A stretch of DNA of 64,000 nucleotides from NCBI GenBank assembly GCA_027067965.1, contig JAMOUV010000032.1:114315-178314 (forward strand), read 5' to 3'. A model generated the notes under the pieces. It saw only the letters and a list, made by a program, of their open reading frames with translations. It was not told the origin of the DNA and made no database searches. The position numbers and the translations under genes are program-made. Below, piece after piece: positions 26,683 to 35,175 of the stretch. This stretch comes from Flavobacteriales bacterium (GTDB taxonomy: Bacteria; Bacteroidota; Bacteroidia; Flavobacteriales; Flavobacteriaceae). Within the stretch, counting starts at the first letter, position 1, and each line of letters starts with the position of its first letter.

Positions 26683-28224
26683 ATGAAAAATTACTTGAAT
26701 TTTAAGCAAACAAGCGTTTATAAAGCATTGGAACAAATTTATTCCGGTCCCCTTCCCCATTTACAATCCCTACGGAATAAAGACAAAAATTATATAGAAA
26801 CCCCGCGGTTTATTTTCGATTATTCGAAAACCCATTTCGAACCGGGCGCCCGTCTTTTTGTGCAAATGCTGAACGAACTCCGCTTTGACGAGCAGAAAGA
26901 GGCCCTATTCCGTGGGCTTCATGTCAATACGACCGAGGACAGGCCCGCCCTGCATACGGCTTTACGGCTACCCGACTCCTCGGACGAATTTCCTTCGGAA
27001 GAAATAAAAAATTCCGTCATCCGGATGCGAAATAAAATAAAGGATTTTGTGGAAAAATTTCGCCACGGCTTACTTTCAGGGGCAACGGGAAAACCCTTGG
27101 ATACCGTCGTCAATATAGGAATCGGCGGGTCGCACCTGGGACCCCAAACCATTGTACACGCGCTTCGAAACCGAAACACTGCGCCCTACGCTTTCCTTTC
27201 CAATGTGGATGATGAACATTTGGCAGATGTACTGGAACAAATCGATCCGGAAACCACTTTATTTATTGTCGTATCCAAATCTTTTTCTACCAAAGAAACG
27301 CTTTATAATGCCGGTGAAATTCAAAATTATATCAAAAACAAATTCGGTAAAGACGCCATTGCCAAACATTTTATTGCCGTTACTTCTGCAAAAGATAAGG
27401 CCGTAAATTTCGGCATTGACCCGGCTCGTATTTTTGAAATGCAAGCATGGACCGGCGGACGTTTTTCCCTTTGGTCATCGGCGGGAATCAGTATTCCGCT
27501 TATTTTGGGCTACGATTTATTCGAAAAATTATTGCACGGTGCTTATCTTGCCGACCGGCATTTTCGCGATGAAGATGTTTTACAGAATATCCCGGTGATT
27601 ATGGCTTTGCTTACCCTGATTTATAATAATTTGGCCGGTTATGAAAGTGAAGCGCATATTCCTTACAGTGAAAAATTGTTTTATTGGCCGTTTTACCTTC
27701 AACAACTCTCCATGGAAAGCAACGGAAAGTCCGTTCAACGCAACGGAAAAACCGTTGATTATCAAACCGGACCTGTCGTATGGGGCGCTACGGGAACCAA
27801 TGCCCAACATTCGTTCTTTCAATTGCTTCATCAGGGCACCAAAATCGCTCCGGTCTATTTTACCGGCTATGCCAAAAGCGAAACCGGTTTCAGCCGAAAC
27901 AGGACATTTCTATTGGCCAACCTTTTGGCACAAGCGGAAGGACTGGCCGATGGTAAAAAATCTTCCGATCCGCATAAAAATTTTGAAGGAAACCGTCCTT
28001 CCGTCAGTTTTATTTTTAATGAATTGTCTGCGGAAAATCTGGGATTTCTAATCGCCCTATTCGAACATAAAACCTACGTGGAAAGCATCTTATGGAATAT
28101 TAACGCTTTTGACCAACCCGGGGTGGAATTAGGGAAAGAAATTGCACTTCGATACGAGCAAAATTTTACGGATAATAAAGATTCGGACAATCCGCTTTAC
28201 CGGTTTATCAAACGCAATATGTAA
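26683..28224 (+). CDS. pgi: glucose-6-phosphate isomerase
   Basis: IGIGGSHLGPQ, VVSKSFSTKETL, QQLSMESNGKSV and GTNAQHSFFQLLHQG signatures. Confidence 0.93.
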   Translation: MKNYLNFKQTSVYKALEQIYSGPLPHLQSLRNKDKNYIETPRFIFDYSKTHFEPGARLFVQMLNELRFDEQKEALFRGLHVNTTEDRPALHTALRLPDSSDEFPSEEIKNSVIRMRNKIKDFVEKFRHGLLSGATGKPLDTVVNIGIGGSHLGPQTIVHALRNRNTAPYAFLSNVDDEHLADVLEQIDPETTLFIVVSKSFSTKETLYNAGEIQNYIKNKFGKDAIAKHFIAVTSAKDKAVNFGIDPARIFEMQAWTGGRFSLWSSAGISIPLILGYDLFEKLLHGAYLADRHFRDEDVLQNIPVIMALLTLIYNNLAGYESEAHIPYSEKLFYWPFYLQQLSMESNGKSVQRNGKTVDYQTGPVVWGATGTNAQHSFFQLLHQGTKIAPVYFTGYAKSETGFSRNRTFLLANLLAQAEGLADGKKSSDPHKNFEGNRPSVSFIFNELSAENLGFLIALFEHKTYVESILWNINAFDQPGVELGKEIALRYEQNFTDNKDSDNPLYRFIKRNM

Positions 28225-28258
28225 ACGGCTCATCCGGACAAAACCGGCTCTATTTCAC

Positions 28259-29485
28259 TCAGACCCCGACTTCCGACATGGCCTTGTAGATACCTTCCCC
28301 GATAATACGTATGGCTTTATCGATTTCATCCGTTTCCACATTTGAATATGCGATTCGGAAAGTATTGACCAAACTGTCGTCGGGCGAAAAACTTTTTCCC
28401 AGCACGAAAACCACACCGTTATCCAGTGCGTAATCCAATACTTTTTTGGCTTCTACCTGCCCGGGCAATTCAATCCATAAATAAAACCCACCTTTCGGTT
28501 CGACATATTTCACCTCTTCGGGAAAGTATTTTCGAACGGCTTGCAATACCAAATCCCGTCGCAATTTGTATTGCGGACGGATGCGTTCGAGATATTTTTC
28601 CATATACCCTTCGCGCAAAAACGTATCGGCGATAACTTGCGAAAAATTGGGACTGCAGGCGTCAAGACTTTGTTTAATAATCTCGGCCTTATTAAAAATT
28701 CCTTTAGGCAAAATCAACCAACCCAAACGAAATCCCGGACCGAAAATTTTCGAGAATGTACCGGCATAAATAATTTGTTTGGCCGTTTGCTCGTCCGCCA
28801 TCGCCAACAAGGGACGGGTTAAGGCCCGGTCTTCTTCATCGAAATATAGTTCGTTGTATGCATCATCTTCCAGCAAAACCAAATTATTTTCCTTGATAAA
28901 AGATAAAATAAATTCTCTGCGTTCCTTGCTGTAAATCAACCCGGCGGGGTTATGAAAATTCGGAATGGCGTATAAAAATTTCACATTATTTTGTTTTTTA
29001 TACGCATGCCGGAGTTTTTCGGGTATCAAGCCGTCGCGATCCATGGGGACGCCCTCTACATGGGCCTGAAAACTTTTAAACAAAGTTAAGGCACCGATAA
29101 AAGACGGCAATTCGGCCAATACCGTATCGGAAGGGTCCAAAAACAATTCCGAAATAATGTAAATACCTTGCAGTGAGCCGGTTGTAATTAATACATCATG
29201 ATTTTCAAATGAAATCCCTTTGGATTCCATGTATTTTTTTACCGCTTCGCGCAAGGGCGGATATCCGGTTGTAGGACCGTATTGGAAGGCCAATTCCTTG
29301 ATATCTCGCGGCAAATTATGATAAATTTCTTCCACTTCATCCACCGGAAAAAGATGATTATTGGGCATGCCGCCGGCAAAAGAAATATAGTCGGGATGAA
29401 TGGCATACTTCATCAAATCGCGTATATCGGAAGATTTCAGATGATTGACGGTTTCGGAAAAAGGATAGGTAAATTCGGGTTCCAT
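28259..29485 (-). CDS. PLP-dependent aminotransferase, class I/II (Aro8/LysN-like)
   Basis: ISFAGGMPN..LFP at the N-terminus, the FSKIFGPGFRLGW PLP-lysine region, and NPAG. Confidence 0.85.
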   Translation of the reverse strand: MEPEFTYPFSETVNHLKSSDIRDLMKYAIHPDYISFAGGMPNNHLFPVDEVEEIYHNLPRDIKELAFQYGPTTGYPPLREAVKKYMESKGISFENHDVLITTGSLQGIYIISELFLDPSDTVLAELPSFIGALTLFKSFQAHVEGVPMDRDGLIPEKLRHAYKKQNNVKFLYAIPNFHNPAGLIYSKERREFILSFIKENNLVLLEDDAYNELYFDEEDRALTRPLLAMADEQTAKQIIYAGTFSKIFGPGFRLGWLILPKGIFNKAEIIKQSLDACSPNFSQVIADTFLREGYMEKYLERIRPQYKLRRDLVLQAVRKYFPEEVKYVEPKGGFYLWIELPGQVEAKKVLDYALDNGVVFVLGKSFSPDDSLVNTFRIAYSNVETDEIDKAIRIIGEGIYKAMSEVGV

Positions 29486-29567
29486 GGATTCGGATTTTTT
29501 ATAAGTTACAACTTTTCCTCGCTTCTTTCCTTGATTGAAGACATAAAATAATATAATGTTACAAATT

Positions 29568-29608
29568 CTTCGACCGGCCCGGCAGAATAGGTCTGAGACC
29601 GGCCGAAG
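29568..29608 (-). terminator. possible terminator hairpin after the 3-hydroxyacyl-CoA dehydrogenase gene
   Basis: CTTCGACCGG / CCGGCCGAAG arms (10 bp with one mismatch) around a 21-nt loop. The T-tract on the minus strand is only modest. Confidence 0.35.
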
Positions 29609-29616
29609 ATTGTTTC

Positions 29617-30534
29617 TTATACTTTCTTCTCGAACATCGCCGATACCTTTTCGGCTTTCCGCGAAGCGGAATAATCATAAAAACCTTCGCCCGATTTGAC
29701 GCCCAATTTGCCGGCCGCCACCATATTGACTAACAACGGATTGGGCGCATATTTCGGATTTTTGAAGCCGTCGTACATCACCTTAAGAATGGCCAATACC
29801 ACGTCCAAACCGATAAAATCGGCCAATTGGAGCGGGCCCATGGGATGATTGGCCCCGAGTTTCAGTACCGTATCTATTTCCTTCACACCCGCCACGCCGG
29901 TATAAACGGCCTCGATGGCTTCATTGATCATCGGCATCAAGATTCGGTTGGCAATAAATCCGGGATAATCATTCACTTCCACGGGAACCTTGCCTAATTT
30001 TTTGCTCAACAGAAATACCAATTCACGGGTTTCGTCCGAAGTGGAATATCCGCTGATTACTTCAACCAATTTCATCACGGGTACCGGATTCATAAAATGC
30101 ATGCCGATAACTTGCTGCGGCCGCTCGGTTTGTGCGGCAATGCGTGTAATGGAAATAGAAGAAGTATTGGTGGCCAAGACCACATCTTTGTCCGTCCAAT
30201 CGTCCAAATTTCGGAAAATCTGAAATTTAATATCGGGATTTTCAGTGGCCGCTTCCACCACAAAATCCACGCCTTTTACGCCTTCGCGAAGCGAATCGAA
30301 AGGATGAATGTTTTCCAAGGTGTGTTTTTTGGTTTCTTCGTCTATTTTTTCTTTGGACAAAAGCCGCATCAAATTCTTTTCAATCATAGCCAATGCCCTG
30401 TCCAAGGCCGATTTGGATACATCAATCAAATGAACTTCATAACCGTTTTGGGCAAACACATGGGCAATACCGTTTCCCATCGTGCCGGCTCCCACTACAG
30501 CCACTTTTTTTATTTTGTCAAAATCTCGTATCAT
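29617..30534 (-). CDS. hbd: 3-hydroxybutyryl-CoA / 3-hydroxyacyl-CoA dehydrogenase
   Basis: Rossmann N-terminus VAVVGAGTMGNGIAHVFA, followed by NTSSISIT, HFMNPVPVMKLVEV and GFIANR motifs. Confidence 0.9.
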   Translation of the reverse strand: MIRDFDKIKKVAVVGAGTMGNGIAHVFAQNGYEVHLIDVSKSALDRALAMIEKNLMRLLSKEKIDEETKKHTLENIHPFDSLREGVKGVDFVVEAATENPDIKFQIFRNLDDWTDKDVVLATNTSSISITRIAAQTERPQQVIGMHFMNPVPVMKLVEVISGYSTSDETRELVFLLSKKLGKVPVEVNDYPGFIANRILMPMINEAIEAVYTGVAGVKEIDTVLKLGANHPMGPLQLADFIGLDVVLAILKVMYDGFKNPKYAPNPLLVNMVAAGKLGVKSGEGFYDYSASRKAEKVSAMFEKKV

Positions 30535-30844
30535 AATTTTTGGTTTTAGTCAAATTTAATCAAATTCATTAAAGCAAATACCGGAATTAATCATAAAAAA
30601 CGGCATTCGATGTCGGATAGGGAGATGAAAAAAGAAAACAACCGCTTTTTTAGACTTGTCAAATTCTTTTTTATCCATACTTTGCGTGCTGAAAATCAAT
30701 TTTTTCATCGGCAAACGGCTTATTATTTCAATTAAAAAAACGCTTGGGAAAGCAGTTTGAACAAAAATTGTCGAATGCTTCAACCGGATTTTTATATTTT
30801 ACCGAATTATCGTAATTTCGCAGGGATTTGAAAAGAATAGAAAA

Positions 30845-32989
30845 ATGGCAATTTTAGGTAAAATTCAAAGAAGTTCAGGCGCACTGATTTTAGTTATCGG
30901 TTTGGCGATGTTTGCATTCATTATTATGGATTTATTAAAAAACAGTTCCACCTTATTTCGTCCTTCGACCGAATACGTTGGTAAGGTGAACGGAGAAAAA
31001 ATATTGACCACCGAATTTAACGAACGCGTCAAAGCCCTTCAGGACCAATACGGACCCAATGTAAGTCCCGCGCAAGTGAGAAAACAGGTTTGGGAAAGTT
31101 TCGTCAATGAAAAATTAATGGAAAACCAATATCATAAATCCGGCATTACCGTTCCCGTCGATCGAATTTACGACCGGATGAAAAACGACCCCGGAATCCG
31201 CCGGATGTTCACCAACCAACAGGGCATTTTCGACGAAAATGCTTTCATGAATTATCTCGATGAAATTAATGCCGCCAAAGACATTAATAATCCCGACTAC
31301 AAGGCATGGAAAAATTATCAGGATAATTTGAAAAAAGCCGAAGCCCAACGCATATACGCTTCCCTGATTAAGGGAGCCATTAATCCGACCATCAAAGAAG
31401 GGGCCTGGGAATACCACAAAGAAAACGACAAAGTAACTTTCGATTTCGTGGTGGCGCCCTACTCTATTATTCCGGACACCAGCATTACCATAACCGAAAA
31501 CGACGTGAAGGAATATATCTCGAAGCATCCCGACATGTACAAGGTGAAAGAGTCGAAAGATATCGCTTATGTAAAATTCGAATATAAACCTTCGGAAAGC
31601 GATTATGCGGCAACCAAACGTCAGCTTGAAGAACTCTTGAAAGACCGGGAAGTATTCGACGAAGAAAAAAATGCCAAAGTCATCGAAAAAGGTTTTGCTT
31701 CCATCGGTCCCGATCAAGTGGAAGAATTTATCAAAAAACACTCGGACAAAGTTACACCGGTACGATGGATTTTGGCCGATGCTTTGCCTTTAAATATTAA
31801 AGACACCATTTTAAAATTACCCAAAGACAGCGTTTACGGTCCCGTGAGATCGCCGGGAAGATTTATTGTGTACAAGGTGGTTGATAAAAAGACGGCCGTA
31901 CCTAAGAAAGCCAAGGCCTCTCATATATTGATATCCTACAAGGGTGCATTGCGTTCCACTTCCGAACTTACGGAAGAACAAGCCAAACAAAAAGCCGACA
32001 GCATTTTAAATATAGTAAAACGCAATCCCGGCAAATTCGCCGAATTAGCCGAGAAATTTTCAAATGATCCCGGATCGGCTCGCAAAGGCGGTGATTTGGG
32101 AGAATTTTCTTTCGGTACCATGGTAGATGAATTTAATGATTTTGTATTTTCCGGAAAGAAAGGCGACATCGGATTGGTCAAAACACCTTTCGGCTATCAT
32201 ATTATTAAAATCGACGATTTGAGCGATGAAAAAGAAAGCGCCGTCAAATTAGCCGAACTCATTAGAGAAGTGGAACCGAGCGAAGCCACCATCGACAGCA
32301 TTTACACCGTGGCCATTCAATATTATACCGCCGCCAAAAAAGCCGGTGATTTGGATAAAGTGGAAGAAGACAAATTCGTCAAACCCATGCCCATTAAGAA
32401 AATACGTAGGTTTGAAACCAATTTGCCCGGCTTGGGCGATCAACCCGCCATTGTGAGTTGGTTATATAATAAGAAAACCAAAATCGGTGATATCAAGCGA
32501 TTTGAAGTTAACGACGGCGAAGTGATTGTGCAAGTAACCGGCGAAACACCCGAAGGGCTGATGCCCGTATCGGAAGCCATGGTGCTGGTGAAACCCATTC
32601 TGCTTAAAAAGAAAAAGTATGAAATTTTAAAAGAAAAAATGAAAGGTCAAACCTTGGACGAAATCGCCAAAAATTGTGGCGGACAAAAAGGCAAGGCCGA
32701 AAATTTGAGTTTGTCATCGCCATTGATTCCTTCGTTGGGTAAAGAACCCAAAGTAGTGGCGGTAGCATTCATCACCCCGCAAGGAAAAATTTCCAAACCC
32801 ATTGAAGGCAATTACGGGGCATATGTGGTCAAACCGCTTGAAGTAAAACGTGCCGCCGATATTGAAAATTATTACAATTACATCGTTCGTTTGGAACAAA
32901 AAGAAGAAGCAGGGCTTATCAACAAAATAATGGAAGCATTAAAGAAACAGGCCGATGTAGAGGACAACAGGGCTGTACTTGGTTATTAA
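30845..32989 (+). CDS. PpiD/SurA-like periplasmic chaperone with a parvulin PPIase domain
   Basis: N-terminal anchor (LILVIGLAMFAFIIMD) and a parvulin domain (ASHILISY...GGDLGEFSFGTMVDEFNDFVF...VKTPFGYHIIKI). Confidence 0.85.
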   Translation: MAILGKIQRSSGALILVIGLAMFAFIIMDLLKNSSTLFRPSTEYVGKVNGEKILTTEFNERVKALQDQYGPNVSPAQVRKQVWESFVNEKLMENQYHKSGITVPVDRIYDRMKNDPGIRRMFTNQQGIFDENAFMNYLDEINAAKDINNPDYKAWKNYQDNLKKAEAQRIYASLIKGAINPTIKEGAWEYHKENDKVTFDFVVAPYSIIPDTSITITENDVKEYISKHPDMYKVKESKDIAYVKFEYKPSESDYAATKRQLEELLKDREVFDEEKNAKVIEKGFASIGPDQVEEFIKKHSDKVTPVRWILADALPLNIKDTILKLPKDSVYGPVRSPGRFIVYKVVDKKTAVPKKAKASHILISYKGALRSTSELTEEQAKQKADSILNIVKRNPGKFAELAEKFSNDPGSARKGGDLGEFSFGTMVDEFNDFVFSGKKGDIGLVKTPFGYHIIKIDDLSDEKESAVKLAELIREVEPSEATIDSIYTVAIQYYTAAKKAGDLDKVEEDKFVKPMPIKKIRRFETNLPGLGDQPAIVSWLYNKKTKIGDIKRFEVNDGEVIVQVTGETPEGLMPVSEAMVLVKPILLKKKKYEILKEKMKGQTLDEIAKNCGGQKGKAENLSLSSPLIPSLGKEPKVVAVAFITPQGKISKPIEGNYGAYVVKPLEVKRAADIENYYNYIVRLEQKEEAGLINKIMEALKKQADVEDNRAVLGY

Positions 32990-33031
32990 ACCATTAACCA
33001 CGATTTTTTTCATAGCTCTAATTCTCTTATC

Positions 33032-33064
33032 AAAAAAGCCGCCCGGAAATCCGGGCGGCTTTTT
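33032..33064. terminator. bidirectional rho-independent terminator between the convergent ppiD-like gene and sucC
   Basis: A-run, then the GC-rich 10-bp stem AGCCGCCCGG / CCGGGCGGCT with loop AAAT, then a T-run. Confidence 0.7.
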
Positions 33065-33086
33065 CGTTTTATCCTCTAATCCGAAT

Positions 33087-34280
33087 TTATGACAATACTT
33101 CCTTAACTTTATCGGCAGCTTCTTGAAATTCGGTTACAAAATGAACGGGAATTCCGCTTTTTTCAATCAATTCTTTGGCTTTATCGGCATTGGTTCCCTG
33201 AAGCCGGACAATAATCGGCACTTTAATTTCTCCTTTCATATTCTTATAAGCATCCACAATTCCTTGTGCCACACGGTCGGCCCGGACTATTCCGCCGAAG
33301 ATATTAACCAAAATGGCTTTTACTTTGGGGTCTTTTAAAATAATTCTGAATCCTTTTTCCACGCGTTCGGCATCCGCCGTACCGCCCACATCCAAGAAAT
33401 TGGCCGGATCGCCACCGGATTGTTTAATAAGGTCCATGGTGGACATGGCCAATCCGGCTCCATTCACCATACAACCCACATTACCGTCCAAAGCCACGTA
33501 ACTCAAACCGGCTTCTTTGGCTTCCACTTCGGCGGGATTTTCTTCACGTACATCACGCATGGCCGCAATATCGGGATGACGGAATAAGGCATTATCGTCA
33601 ATCACCACCTTGCTATCTACGGCCAATATTTTGTCATCCGATGTTTTGAGCACGGGATTTATTTCAAACAGGTTGGCATCGTTCTTTATATACGCATCGT
33701 ATAAAGACTTGACAAATTTTACCATTTCTTTGAATGCTTTTCCGCTCAATCCCAGATTAAAAGCCACCCTGCGTGCTTGAAAATCTTGCAAGCCGTGTGC
33801 GGGATCCACGTATTCAACAAAGATTTTTTCCGGCGATTTTTCGGCCACTTCTTCGATATTCATTCCGCCTTCGGGCGAGTACATAATCATATTCTGACCT
33901 TTTTCGCGGTTAAGCATCACACTCATATAATATTCTTCCGGTTCACTCTCACCGGGATAATATACATCTTCGGCCACCAATACTTGATGTACGATTTTTC
34001 CTTTTTTGCCCGTTTGCGGCGTCACCAACCGCATGCCGAGAATTTCCTTGGCTTTTTCATACACTTCATCCAAATTTTTAGCCAATTTTACTCCACCGGC
34101 TTTCCCCCGGCCTCCGGCATGAACTTGCGCCTTTATAACAAAATATTTCGTGCCGGTCTCTTCGGCTAATTTTTTGGCCGCTTCCACGGCTTCTTCCGGC
34201 GTGGACGCCACATAGCCCCGTTGCACACGCACACCGGAACGGCTCAATATTTCTTTTCCTTGATACTCGTGTAGATTCAT
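33087..34280 (-). CDS. sucC: succinate--CoA ligase (ADP-forming) beta subunit
   Basis: [35 protein letters not shown] and NIFGGI motifs over 397 aa. Confidence 0.95.
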   Translation of the reverse strand: MNLHEYQGKEILSRSGVRVQRGYVASTPEEAVEAAKKLAEETGTKYFVIKAQVHAGGRGKAGGVKLAKNLDEVYEKAKEILGMRLVTPQTGKKGKIVHQVLVAEDVYYPGESEPEEYYMSVMLNREKGQNMIMYSPEGGMNIEEVAEKSPEKIFVEYVDPAHGLQDFQARRVAFNLGLSGKAFKEMVKFVKSLYDAYIKNDANLFEINPVLKTSDDKILAVDSKVVIDDNALFRHPDIAAMRDVREENPAEVEAKEAGLSYVALDGNVGCMVNGAGLAMSTMDLIKQSGGDPANFLDVGGTADAERVEKGFRIILKDPKVKAILVNIFGGIVRADRVAQGIVDAYKNMKGEIKVPIIVRLQGTNADKAKELIEKSGIPVHFVTEFQEAADKVKEVLS

Positions 34281-34381
34281 ATTTTCGATTTTTTACAAAT
34301 TTATTAAAGTTCGATTGAAAAATGACGAAATGTGTCAGTTTTTTAGAAAATCACCGGGCTATTTTCCTTCAAATTCCCGGT

Positions 34382-35140
34382 TTAAAATACAGAAAATCTG
34401 TCGGGAAAAGATTTTAAATCATCCTTTTGTCGCAGGCGATCGGTTTTACATTTTTCTTTCAAATAAGCCAGATCTTTATTCCATTGATTGCCGTCAAAAA
34501 ATTCAACGCCCTTAAAATCGCGCACTTTATACAATGCCTTTTCCCCGTAGCATGTGCCCAAATACACATACTTTTTATTTTCGTCCACGGCATGACTAAT
34601 CATTTGTTCCATCATCCACTTACCGATTCCGTAAGAAAAATAGTTTGTCTCAAAAAAGGCAAACCAATAATGACGTAAGTTATCGTTTTCTATCAACCAC
34701 ACATAACCGATATCTTTATCTTCAATGGAAAATACGCCGATTTTATTAAGAAAAGGAAAATGATAAATGTATTCCAGCCGGCTACCGGGCATGGCATCGC
34801 CTATTCGTTCCTTCGAATAATTCTTGACTAACTTCCACATGCGCTCGAGGGGCACTTCATCCTTTTCTTTTATTTTCACCACCGGATTCAATTCTTGCAT
34901 TTTTCGTCTGACCCGTCGATTTTCCGCCGATAATGTAAAAGCATTCAAGTCGATGCGAATGCTACGGGCCAAATAAAACAAAATCTTATCTGAGGGAATA
35001 TATTCCGGCACGCTATAGGGTAAAAAACCACGCGAATACACTTCGTTTAAATCGTCTCCGGCTTTCATAGAAGCATATAACGCATAAGGAAAGGTGTAGG
35101 TGGAATAATCGGCTGGCGCTTCGGAAAGAAAAATTTTCAT
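34382..35140 (-). CDS. ATE/Bpt-like (aminoacyl-tRNA--protein transferase C-terminal-like, GNAT-fold) protein, divergent
   Basis: GFLPYS ... ARSIRIDLNAFTLSAENRRVRRK ... YVYLGTCYGEKALYKVRDFKGVEFFDGNQW resembles the GFRRSG / RV..F..S.S.RR / YLGYWI...KM.YK..F.P.E blocks of the ATE/Bpt family. The N-terminal Cys motifs are absent. Confidence 0.45.
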   Translation of the reverse strand: MKIFLSEAPADYSTYTFPYALYASMKAGDDLNEVYSRGFLPYSVPEYIPSDKILFYLARSIRIDLNAFTLSAENRRVRRKMQELNPVVKIKEKDEVPLERMWKLVKNYSKERIGDAMPGSRLEYIYHFPFLNKIGVFSIEDKDIGYVWLIENDNLRHYWFAFFETNYFSYGIGKWMMEQMISHAVDENKKYVYLGTCYGEKALYKVRDFKGVEFFDGNQWNKDLAYLKEKCKTDRLRQKDDLKSFPDRFSVF

Positions 35141-35175
35141 GAGATGTGTTTAGTAAATTAATTATTCATACAAGT

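Noticed and set aside
30556-30783. A 75-aa ORF in the hbd / ppiD-like divergent intergenic region.
   Set aside because: No recognisable motif, odd composition, and it lies in a promoter region. I could not support it as coding.
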